Shown here piece by piece: positions 11,996 to 23,500 of a stretch of DNA of 64,000 bases (positions within the stretch are counted from its first letter, which is position 1; every line of letters starts with the position of its first letter). A program made the translations under genes and the position numbers. This stretch comes from Strigamia acuminata (taxonomy: Eukaryota), in the NCBI GenBank assembly GCA_949358305.1, contig OX442314.1:6882001-6946000 (forward strand), written 5' to 3'. The notes under the pieces are model-generated. The model was given only the letters and a program-made list of their open reading frames with translations, was not told where the DNA came from and did no database searches.

Positions 11996-12301
11996 AAACA
12001 TTGTTATTTTATAAAATAGAATTTTGCTTTTGATTTAATCATAAATATGGATAACATGGACAAATGGACACATATTGTACTGCCTCGTATAAACGCTACA
12101 CCCCTATGAAACCTGACGTTTATTCGGGACTGGCGATAGTGTGAAAAATCACCAATTTCTTTCAAAAATCACTGATTTTTTCAGAAAAAATCAGTGATGT
12201 TTTAAAATCCCGGCGCTTATTTTGGGTCGGCACTTATTGATATAATTATTAAGTAATTAAGACAAAATCAGTTTTAATGTATACTAATATTAAAACAAAA
12301 G

Positions 12302-12662
12302 GGCCAGAACTAGGAGGAAAAGGAGCAGCAGCAGAAGCAGGGGCAGGAGCAGAAGCAGAAGGAACAGAACCAGGAGGAGCAGAAGCAAGAGGAGCAGAAG
12401 CAGGAGGAGCAGAAGCAGGAGGAGCAGAAGCAGGAGCAGGAGCAGAAGCAGGAGGAGGGGGAGGAGGAGCAGCAGGAGGAGGGGGAGGAACAGCAGCAGC
12501 AGCAGCAGCAGGAGCAGGAGCAGGAGCAGCAGCAGCAGGAGCAGCAGCAGCAGGAGCAGGAGCAGGAGCAGGAGCAGCAGGAGGAGGAGCAGGAGCAGCA
12601 GGAGGAGGAGCAGGGGCAGGAGCAGCAGCAGCAGCAGCAGCAGGAGCAGGAGCAGGAGCAGC

Positions 12663-12697
<35 letters not shown>

Positions 12698-13026
12698 CAG
12701 GAGGAGGAGCAGCAGCAGCAGGAGGAGGAGCAGGGGCAGGAGCAGGAGCAGCAGGAGCAGGAGCAGGAAAAGGAGCAGGAGCAGGAGGAGAAGCAGGAAA
12801 AGGAGCAGGAGCAGGAGCAGGAGGAGCTGCAGCAGCAGCAGGAGGAGGAGCTGGAGCAGGAGCAGGAGGAGCAGGAGCAGGAGCTGGAAAAGGAGCAGGA
12901 GGAGAAGCAGGAAAAGGGGCAGGAACTGGAGCAGGAAAAGGAGCAGGAGCAGGAGCTGGAGCAGGAGCAGGAGCAGGAAAGAGAGTAGGAGCAGGAAAAA
13001 GAGCAGGAGTAGGAGCGGGTGCAGGT

Positions 13027-13059
<33 letters not shown>

Positions 13060-13149
13060 AGAGCAAGAGCAGCAGCAGGAGCAGGAGCAAGAGCAGCAGC
13101 AAGAGCAGCAGCAAGAAGAGGAGCAGGAGAAGCAAGAGCAGCAGGATAA
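12302..13149 (+). CDS. Gly/Ala-rich exon of gene 2 (GGA/GCA codon repeats)
   Basis: Phase-1 acceptor aaaacaaaag at 12301, homologous to those at 16455, 32675 and 50745; open until TAA 13147. Confidence 0.6.
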
Positions 13150-14371
13150 AGAGCAGGAGCAGAAGGAGCAGGAGAAAGAGCAGGAGGAAGAGCAGTAGAA
13201 AGAGCAGGAAGAAGAGCAGGCGAAAGAGCAGGAGGAGGAGCAGGAGGAGGAGGAGGAGCAGGAGCAGGAGGAGGAGGAGTCAAACCATCTGTAAGGCCAG
13301 CACAAAAAAACAACTACGATTACCACTACAACTACAGGACCACCACCTACAGAGCCGCCTCCTGAACAAACTGCAGAACCCATTTCTACACAGACTTCAG
13401 TGCTAGGTGAAGTGTAATATTAAGACAACAACTTAATAAAAGTATGAATTTAGTTTTCACAGCAAAGTGAAGGTCAACAAAGTAATGCACGTTTCATTAA
13501 CATGTCATGCAGTACAGATAGTTGTAGTAACAGCTGTACAACACGTTAATGAAATGTTTTATCTAACCAGTCATAGTTTGAAAATCTCTGTATAATAGCT
13601 TTAGTTTCAAATAAAATTTTAATTAGTTACACAGTAATTACATTTTCAAAATAGCCAGGTTTCTCTGTCTCACCCTGTATTATCCCTTCTCAATTTCCCC
13701 ATGTTGCATATCGGTAAGTTGTTTAGAACGAACACAGCAATTGTATCATCTCCTCCTTTAGAGAGGCTTGTCAGTGGAGCAAGTTAATTGGCAATACACT
13801 GGTGTCCTTCTAGTTGTGTTTACCTGTAATGAAACACTTTTTGCTATCCCTTTTAAATTGACATTGTACACCTATGGACAAAAAAATCTTCACATGCTGC
13901 CACGCTGCTTCAGCTCCAAATGAGCAGTTCATTTTTCTACCACCGGCGGCTGGAGCAATCTACTTTTCTGGGGGCAACAGAAAGTTTAAATGCGACTAAC
14001 AGTGAGATATTTAGTGAACTTAAAGCAAATTTAGTTTTATAATCCAATTATTACGTATTAAATAAACAGTTTTTTCTTTTATCCATATTTGATTGGTTTA
14101 TTTCTACAAAAATAAATTTAGAGAATAAAACTGGAAATGTAAACAAATTTGAGAAAAAATATAATTTAATATTTTTTGGGCAAAAAACACCATTTTTAGG
14201 CCATAAAAACAATTTAAAACACACACAACCACCATCACCACCAACACCATAGGATCTTAAAATTGACTGAAAAACAGGTTGAAACACAAAATAAAGACAG
14301 CACTAAATGTAAAATAATAGTATTTGCAATTCGATGTACAGTGGAGACAAAAACTAAGTTAACAAACGCAT

Positions 14372-14836
14372 GGGGTGCCGTTCCAACGGCGAATCGTCTA
14401 AGGGCGAATCTGGCCATTCGGACGAATGGCGAATTTCTATCTTATTCCGTCCAAAAGCAGTCCCAATGGCAAATTTCTCCCAATTCGCCATTGGGAACGT
14501 ATTTGGACCTTTCTAATGGCGAATTGGTAGAAATTAGCCACAGGAGCGCGACATGAATCTGCCGCGACAAGCCGACGCAAAAAAAATGGTTTTGGACCAA
14601 AAAACCAGTAAGGTTAGGTTCGCAGGGGGTCAAGGGGGGGCGCAGCCCCCCCTTGTTAGCCCTTCTTAGGAATTGGGAGTCGCAGTAGATGACGCCCACA
14701 GATTCGCCATTGGAAACGCAAATAACGTTTCCAATGGCGAATTTGCCCAGATTCGCCATTGGAACGTCAAAATACCTTTCCAATGGCGAATTTTCAAAAT
14801 TCGCCATTAGGTGATTCGCCGTTGGAACGGGTACCC
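14372..14836. mobile_element. MITE with 8-bp TSD, copy 2
   Basis: Same family as 4213-4735; TSD aaacgcat at 14364-14371 and 14837-14844. Confidence 0.88.
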
Positions 14837-15619
14837 AAACGCATCATGTTGATTCTTATGGCTGAATCTCAAGAAAAAAGAGAGGAATATTTATGAAATT
14901 TTAACTGGAGACTCGTACAACATCCTACTTTATTCATCTACAATCAGAGGTCATCTTCAAGGTCATCCATATTGTAACTCGAGAACCGTACGACAGATAG
15001 AGAGAAAAAGTGAATTAGAAAGTTGTAGAGGACCATCTAATTAGTCTAGAACTGTTCTTAAAAAAATTATCTCTTACCGAAAAGTTTTGAGAAAAAAAGG
15101 TTTGAAATGTTAATCTACTCAGCTTTGTAACCTAAAACAATCATGTTGGAATGTATTTCGAAAATAAATTATTTCTTTTCTTTTGTGTTTCCTCTCTTCC
15201 ACTTACAAGTATGACCAAACAAAGTGTCCTAATTGAGGATTAGCTTGGTTGCCTCAATTGTTTTAGGTTACAAAGCTGAGTTACAATGCTGAGTGGACTA
15301 ATGTTTCAGACTTTTTTTCTCAAAACTTTTCAGTAAGAAATAATTTTTTTAAGAATGGTTCTAGACTAATTGGATGATGCTCTACAACTTTCTTATTCAT
15401 CTTTTTGCTTTATCTGTCACGGTTCTCGAGTTACAATATAGATAACCTTGAAGATGACTTCAGAGGTCAAATTGGATGTCATAATTGGATTTCCCCCGAC
15501 ATATTACCCTTACAATAATTTTGCTGAATCAACATCTAGAACAGTTTGGGAATTATTTACATAGAACCAGACTTTCTGACCACCCTGTACATACTTGTGC
15601 AAGTAGACATAACCTTACT

Positions 15620-15725
15620 TAATTTAAAATTAATGGCTTTATAGATTCTTAAGCCTTTTGTTCAGTCAGCCGTTATTGGCTATAAAACAACCAGAAAATT
15701 AACAAGCATCCAGTATCCTTGAAAA
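15620..15725 (+). promoter_or_regulatory. Core promoter of cluster gene 3
   Basis: Conserved block; TATAAAA at 15681. Confidence 0.65.
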
Positions 15726-16913
15726 ATGAAGTGTATAATCATCCTGTTCGGTCTTGTCTCTGTTGGTAAGTTAAAAGGAATAGTTTTTTGGCTCAAAAAA
15801 TCATGTTTAGGCCAAAAGAAATTATTTTAGTCCAAAAAGAATTATTTTAGGATAAAAAAATTCATTTTAATTTGTTGTTTTATGAGAAAAAATTCTGCTT
15901 TTGGTTTAATTTTTTTTATCAAACCTATTTTTCCAAACAGTAAAACCAGACTTATTTTGTGCATTTGGAAAATCACCAATTTCTTACAAAAATCACCAAT
16001 TTCTTTCAAAAATCACAAATTTCTTTAAAAAATCACCAATTTCTTTCAAAAATCACCAATTTCTTTCAAAAATCACCAATTTCTTTCAAAAATCACCAAT
16101 TTCTTTCAAAAATTACCAATTTCTTTCAAAAATCACCAATTTCTTTCAAATATCACCAATTTCTTTCAATAATCACCAATTTCTTTCAAAAATCACCAAT
16201 TTCTTTCAAAAATCACCAATTTCTTTCAAAAATCACCAATTTCTTTCAAAAATCACCAATTTCTTTCAAAAATCACCAATTTCTTTCAAAAATCACCAAT
16301 TTCTTTTAAAAATCACCAATTTCTTTCAAAAATCAGTGATTTTTTAAAATCCCGGCACTTAATTGGGGCCGGCACTTATAATTATTATAATAATTATAAT
16401 TATTAAGTAATTAAGACAAAATCACTTTTAATGTATACTAATATAAAAACAAAAGGGCCAGAACTAGGAGGAAGAGGAGCAGCAGCAGAAGCAGGGGCAG
16501 GAACAGAAACAGGAGGAGCAGAAGCAGGAGGAGCAGAAGCAGGAGGAGGAGCAGCAGCAGCAGGAGGAGGAACAGGAGCAGGAGGAGCAGGAGCAGGAGC
16601 AGGAGCAGGAGGAGAAGCAGGAAAAGGAGCAGGAGGAGGAGCAGGAACAGGAGCAGGAACAGGAGCAGGAACAGGAGCAGGAACAGGAGCAGGAAAAGGA
16701 GCAGGAAAAAGAGCAGGAAAAGGAGCAGGAGCAAGAGCAGGAGCTGGAGCAGGAGCAGGAGCAGGAAAAAGAGCAGGAGTAGGAGCAGGAGCAGGAGCAG
16801 GTGCAGGAGCAGGAGCAGGAGCAGGAACAGGAGCAGGAGCACACCACCACCATAACCACCATAACCACCAACAACACAACCACCATCACCACCAACACCA
16901 CAGGATCTTATAA
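15726..16913 (+). pseudogene. Gene 3: internally deleted paralog
   Basis: Signal exon 15726..15765; defensin exon starts at 15941 (VKPDLFCAFG) and breaks into a minisatellite; Gly-Ala exon from 16456 fused out of frame to terminal-exon sequence, giving a His-rich end and TAA at 16913. Confidence 0.7.
15969..16334. repeat. 20-bp minisatellite (aaaatcaccaatttctttca)n
   Basis: About 18 tandem copies; an unexpanded version is near 12145. Confidence 0.95.
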
Positions 16914-17284
16914 TTGACTGAAAAACAAGTTGAAACACAAAATACAGACAGCAGTCATTCTGAATAAAGCTACAATGTACATTACTAAATGTAAAATAAT
17001 AGTATTTGAAATTCGAAGTATCATTATAATTCATTTAGTGTGCTTAACTTATAACTTTAGTCTAACTAAAAGTGTAGTTTAATTTTAATAAAGTTTAATG
17101 CTATTTTTCAATGAATTACTCCTTGACCGCCAATTGGAAGCACCTTACTTACTGTTAGGCTACATAGCCAGCGGAATGGGTTTTTTTTATAAGTTAATTT
17201 CGACATAAGAAGAAACTGCTTTCCTTTTGTATTTTAGTCAACCAAGATTCCATTCAACTAGAATTTTTTGCAATAGGAGTATTT

Positions 17285-17640
17285 TCAACTGCACCAGGAC
17301 AGAAAAATTTGGTCAGTGAGGGATGAGGAGGTGTCCGAGTTGCGGTTGGAGATGGTGATGGTAAGCACGAAATCAAGGCATGACATGAAGGAAGAGATAG
17401 TGTTGTTGGGGTTAGTGGGGAGGAAGTTAAAGTTAAAATCACCAGCGACAACAGTTCTTATGTTAGGAGTCATGTGATCGGTGATGAGGTCAAAGATGCG
17501 GGATATGGGTATATTTTCACGGCGGTATAAAATTTTAACCTGTAGGGAAGAAGTGGGAGTGGTGAGTTGGCCAAAGAGAAGTTCAATGCCGTCAGATTCG
17601 ATAGTGGTCAACGAGGTTAGGGAGAAGAAATTATTGAAAT
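17285..17640 (-). mobile_element. Non-LTR retrotransposon APE-endonuclease fragment
   Basis: LYRR...VVAGDFN...LTDQIF motifs in ORF 17285..17611. Confidence 0.7.
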
Positions 17641-17774
17641 ACAGGGTGTATCAGAATTCATGTTCCACAGAAATAAGGGGTATAGAGGGGGACCAGGAGA
17701 TCACATTTCCACTAATCAAAAATTCCAAAAAAAAATTTCCATTTTGTTACAACCCCAAAAACAATGGAAGGTTG

Positions 17775-19228
17775 GGATGGGATACTTGGATCGAAATGAA
17801 TAAGGTCGAAACAGGATTTCGACCTTATTCATTTCGACCCTAGTCATTTCGGTATATGTAATTTCGACCTTATTCATGAATAAGATCGAAACAGGATTTT
17901 GACCTTATTCATGAATAAGATCGAAACAGGATTTCGACCTTAGTCATTTCGACCTTATTCATGAATAAGATCGAAATAGGATTTCGACCTTAGTCATTTC
18001 GACCCTAGTCATTTCGGTATACCGGTATGTAATTTCGACCTTATTCATGAATAAGGTCGAAACTCAAAATTTTTATATGAATAAAGTCGAAACTCAAAAA
18101 GTCAAAAACATGAGAATTTCACATGAGAATCTCGTGTCTTCTCGCGTTCTCTAATAACAATCTAAAAAATGTTTTTTATCACATGTTTTGGTATTTTCAG
18201 GCAACCAGAGCTTCTAGAACTAAGTTTTTCTCATTTTGATCATTTATTTTGTAAATTAGTAATAAAATAACTTAATTTTAGCCTAAATAAATTTGTTTTG
18301 ATTTTGATTTTGATTTCATTTTGTTTTCATTTTAATTTTGATTTGGTTTTTGGTTTTTGGAACGTTAATTGGCACTATAAAGTGGGTTACTACTGGTAAC
18401 ACACTGGCCTGATCAAACAATGGAAAAAAAACTGACCAAAACACCATATCTATTACAAAATGCGCGCCGGCAGGCTGCTTAGCGGATTTACCCGGTGCTT
18501 CACTGCAGCACATTGACGCCATTTTTTTGGTTTTTCATGGTTTTCTACTGGTTTTAACTCGTTCTAATCATTTTTTTATGATTTCTTAAGGTGTTTTTCA
18601 TTTTTAAACCGTTTTTGACAGTTTTTAATTTTTTCCCCCATTTTTTTTGGTTTTTTGATGATTTTTCAGGTTTTTTAAAGTTTTAATTGGTTCTTCATGG
18701 TTTTTAATATTTTTTTCGGTTTTAATCGGTGTTTTATGATCTTTTACATGTTTTTTCAGTTTTAATAAAGTTTCTTACTATTTTTTACGCTTGTTTTCAG
18801 TTTTAATCGTGTTATCTCGCGTTTTCTCGCAATCGCCAATTTGACCCTTTGCCAAAACGTTCAGATGGATGGAACGTTTAAAATTGCCCCACTGCTTTTC
18901 TATCAGTTGTTTATCATATTTTTGAGATTCTCGTGTGAAATTATCGTGTTTTTGAGTTTTTGAGTTTCAACCTTATTCTTATAAAAATTTTGAGTTTCGA
19001 CCTTATTCATGAATAAGATAGAAACAGGATTTCGACCTTAGTCATTTCGACCTTATTCATGAATAAGGTAGAAACAGGATTTCGACCTTATCCATTTCGA
19101 CCTTAGTCATTTCGGTATATGTAATTTCGACTTTAATCATTTCGCCCTTAGTTACATACGACTAAGAAAATATTTTATGAAAAGGGATAATTTCGACCTT
19201 AGTTATTTCGACCTTAGTATGAAATCCC
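17775..19228. mobile_element. Foldback-like non-autonomous element
   Basis: ttcgacctta arrays at both ends; about 18050-18135 is an inverted repeat of about 18925-19010; AT-rich centre; termini and TSD unresolved. Confidence 0.55.
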
Positions 19229-20434
19229 GAAAGATTTCAAATATCGCGTCACGCATATCGCCAACATTTTCCAGGTTAAAGCGCAATTCTCAAATAAAAA
19301 GATACAAGCCTATCATTTTAATGTTAAAGAATCACAACAAAAAAACCACAAATCCGAAAAAACTAAAATAAATCATTTATGTAAAAGATTAATTTCCTTA
19401 GATTATTTACTAAGCTGTGCATTTGAACGTGTAGAGCATTTCTTGTAATACAACTACATTTCAAAAGTTTAGAAAGTGAGTGAAAAATTCACTCACTTTG
19501 TGAATAACACCAAAAATATGACTTAAACGTTAAGCAAAACCAATTTATACCATCAGATTTGAATAAAACAATTATTTTTCATCTAAAATAACTTATAGTT
19601 ACATATATTTAGTTATATAGTTTAGTTACAAATCGAGATTTTCAAAACTTCACTTGTGTCAAAGGTTTAGAAAGTTGAAAAAATCATTTCATAAGTTTAG
19701 AAAGTGCAACATAATTCCTTTATTTCGACTTGAAAATAGGACATTTTCATTTTTTTGTCTAGTATTTTGTTGGATGATCTCTGCATCGTATGACCGCCTT
19801 CAATCTGCGAGGCATTGTAGACACTACAGAAGGGGGCAAAACAATTGCGACATGTTGAATCTCATGGCTGTATCTCAAGAAAAAAAGGAGGAAAACCAAT
19901 GAAATTTTAACTGAATATTTGTCCAACATTCTGCTTTGTTCACCTAAAATTTTATGACAATCTATCCATTAGTTCTAGAGAAAAAATTATTTTATGAAGT
20001 GACATCAAAATTTAAGAGGCAAAAGTAACTTAACAAACTTTGTTAACCATCGAGAAACCTTACAACAATCTCTGTTAATGCCTTGTTGGCCCTCCTTTAG
20101 CTTGTACTATTGCTTTCAATCATTCAGCAGTACTTTCAAGCAATTTTAGTAGCACTGTTTTAGACATACTTTACACCCAAACATCAAGCAAAGCTAATTT
20201 CAACTATGGAACATTTTTTTCTCAACTCTAGAGAAACTTTTTGGTTCAAATCACGAAATCATTTCATAACTGTTCAATTGGATTAAGTTTCAAATAACTG
20301 AGAAGGCCATTGAAGATGTCTGATATTTTTTTGGTGTGAAATATTCTCACGCAAATTTTGATGTACAAGTACTTGTACAGTTGCAACTTATCTCAGTATA
20401 CATACTTGCCATTGTGCAAGTACACATAACCTTA

Positions 20435-20536
20435 TTTAAAATTAATGGCTTTATAGATTCTTACGCCTTTTGTTCAATCAACCGTTATTGGCTATAAAAC
20501 AACCAGAAATTAACAAGAGTCCAGTATCCTTGAAAA
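20435..20536 (+). promoter_or_regulatory. Core promoter of cluster gene 4
   Basis: Conserved block; TATAAAA at 20493. Confidence 0.65.
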
Positions 20537-23500
20537 ATGAGATGTATAATCATCCTGTTCGGTCTTGTCTCTGTTGGTAAGTTAAAAAAAATACTTTTTT
20601 GGCTAAAAAAATCATGTTTAGGCCAAAACAAATTATTTTAGTCCAAAAACAATTATTTTAAGACAAAAAAATTCATTTTAATTTGTTGTTTTGTGAGAAA
20701 AAATTCTGCTTTTGGTTCAATTTTTTTTATCAAACCTATTTTTCCAAACAGTAAAGCCGGACATATTATGTGCATTTGGACGATGTGACTCTCACTGCAG
20801 AAAACAAGGAAATAAAGTTGGAAATTGTGCTAGTAAACGCGCATCTTGTGTTTGCACAGGTAAGGAGTAAAAACTAAAAATTTCTATAAAATTAGGATTA
20901 TGACATATCCTACATTAACCATGTTTACATGTACTGTACGTACAAGTAGTTATCTGGATGAATGAAAATTAGAATTTTACTTTTCTGGAAAACTGATTGT
21001 GTAAACGAAACAGTTTCCGGAACACAGTAGGTGCATTCAAAGTCAAATGAATTATTTTACTTATCATAATCTGAATTATCAACAATTCATGCAAGTCATT
21101 GGCTGATGTGGCTGAAATGTTTTATCAGCCACAGGAAATGATGTAATTTACATCAGTGAAATGATAATTTAATTCCAATAAGTGGCTTATTAATAAGTCA
21201 CTCCACGGTTATCCGGATAAATAAAATCTGGATTTTTAACTTGCTTTTCTGGAAAACTGTGTACATGTAAAAATGGTAACTGTCACCTCAATCAGCTGTT
21301 TGTACATATGTATATCAATTTTTATTATTTCTTATAACTATGAAATAGACAAATCACAACCACCACCGCCACCGCCTCCAGGATCAGGTAAAGTGTAATT
21401 TTTAGATAGAAACTTGAACAAAAGGATGAATTTAGTTTGGACAGCAAAGTGAATGTGAACAAAGTTTCCCGCAAGATGCTTCATTAATGTGTTATATCTA
21501 AAGATATAATATTTTTGCCCAAAAAAATCATTTTTGTATTAAAAAAACCACTTTTTAAGACCAAAAATATTCATTATAAGGTCTAAAACATGCAATTTTA
21601 ACCAAAAACATGCATTTTTAACCAAAAACATGCATTTTTAACCAAAAACATGCATTTTTAACCAAAAACATGCATTTTTAACCAAAAACATGCATTTTTA
21701 ACCAAAAACATGCATTTTTAACCAAAAACATGCATTTTTAACCAAAAACATGCATTTTTAACCAAAAACATGCATTTTTAACCAAAAACATGCATTTTTA
21801 ACCAAAAACATGCATTTTTAACCAAAAACATGCATTTTTAACCAAAAACATGCATTTTTAACCAAAAACATGCATTTTTAACCAAAAACATGCATTTTTA
21901 ACCAAAAACATGCATTTTTAACCAAAAACATTCACTTTGTTTTGTTGTTTTATAAAATAAAATTTTGATTTTTATTTAATCATGAACGAAGGATAACTGT
22001 GGACACGTACTGGTATCCACATGCTCATGTTATCCTTGGTTCATGGTTTAATCCATATCCTAATCTATTTTTTTTCCAAGCAGTGAAGCTTAACCAGAAG
22101 TGTAAAGTGGGTCAACAACCATGTGACCAATACTGCAAAATAAGAGTTGGTGCAGACAGAACTGGAAATTGCACGACACAGGGATGTATTTGCTTGCGTA
22201 AGGAGTAGAAACTAAGAATTTCTATAAAATTAGGATTATGACGTATCCTACATTAACCATGTTTACATGTACTGTACCTAGTTATCTGGATGAATGAAAA
22301 TTAGAATTTTACTTTTCTGGAAAACTAATTGTGTAAACGAAAGAGTTTCCAGAACACAATGACACTTTGTAAATTTCCAGCAAGGAAAGAACACTCACGT
22401 GATGTACGAGTTCGAATTTCGGAGTCGGGGTCGGATTTTGTCAAGTTTAGTTCATGTTGTCGCGGAGCAAAAAGCAAACGTGTGTTAACAGGTTAAACTT
22501 TATTTGCACAGTAAAGAAACTGGGTTTTTACAAAAGGTAATTGGTTTCTAAGAAAAAAGGGGTTGGGGTATTCGAGTTCAGGGGTCAACGTTCGGGGATG
22601 CAAAAAGAAGAGTCACTCAGTGGTGACCAAAAGAACTAAGTAAAGAAAACAATACATCAAACAAATCAAATATCGCAAATAAATCAAACTAACAACAAAT
22701 ATAAATTGCACTTGCAGTTGAAATTTCACACTGCGCCCCGAAAGGGGGAAAAACAGTTCAAATTTATCTTCTGCTCACTCGTCTAACTCGAGGAGGCACA
22801 ATCGCTGAATTGGTCTTCGAATTATCTTTTGGTTGGTCGTCACTACTTCGGCAGAACGGATTTTTCCATCACGACCAACAAACACTTTTCTTACTCGTGC
22901 CATCTTCCACTGCATGCGAGGAGTGCAGAGTTCCTCGACGAGTACCATGTCGCCCTCCATCAATTCTCTCGAAGGCTTTTTTGTCTTGCGAAATTCACGA
23001 AGTTCTACGAGATATTCATGTTTCCACCGACGCCAAAAGAGTTGGACCAAATGTTGACGGTGTTTCCATCGTCCCACAAGCTCTTTTCTAGAAGTGTTTT
23101 CGAGTTCGAGTCGCTGTTGACGATGGTCCGGCAGAGCAATCATTCTTCTCGTCAATAAAAAATGCGCAGGCGTCAGCGGTGGTTTTTCTGATGGGTCGTC
23201 CGAAACGTAAGTGAGGGGACGCGAGTTTATGTTGGCTTCAATTCTTACTAGAGTTGAAAGTAATTGTTCGAAATTAAGGCTGGACTTTCCCAAAATTTTC
23301 TTTAAACTCAGCTTCACGGTTTTTACTAACCGCTCCCAAAACCCCCCCCACCAAGGGGCGAGCTCGACAATGTATCGCCAATCGATATTGTTGGTGGTGA
23401 GATGATTTTGAAACGGAGTTTGTATTATTGAGTCGTAGAGTAGTTTCAAATCTTTTTCGGCGCGCTTGAAAGTTTTCGCGTTGTCGGACATAATTATTCG

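Larger units (their letters stand above)
10267..14252 (+). pseudogene. Gene 2: defensin-less, Gly/Ala-expanded paralog with disabling lesions
   Basis: Signal exon 10267..10306 (MKCIIILFCLVSV); exon from 11001 (VKAQPTPVPTG) split by a MITE; Gly-Ala exon 12302..13406 with TAA at 13147-13149 and +1 frameshift in the A7 run near 13305; terminal-exon remnant ending TAG 14252. A product that skips exon 2 is possible. Confidence 0.7.

Noticed and set aside
12249..13383. Minus-strand poly-Leu, Cys-Ser (metallothionein-like) and Pro-Ala ORFs, also at 16403-17034
   Set aside because: Antisense shadows of the GGA/GCA repeat; splice sites and paralogy support the plus-strand Gly-Ala frame.
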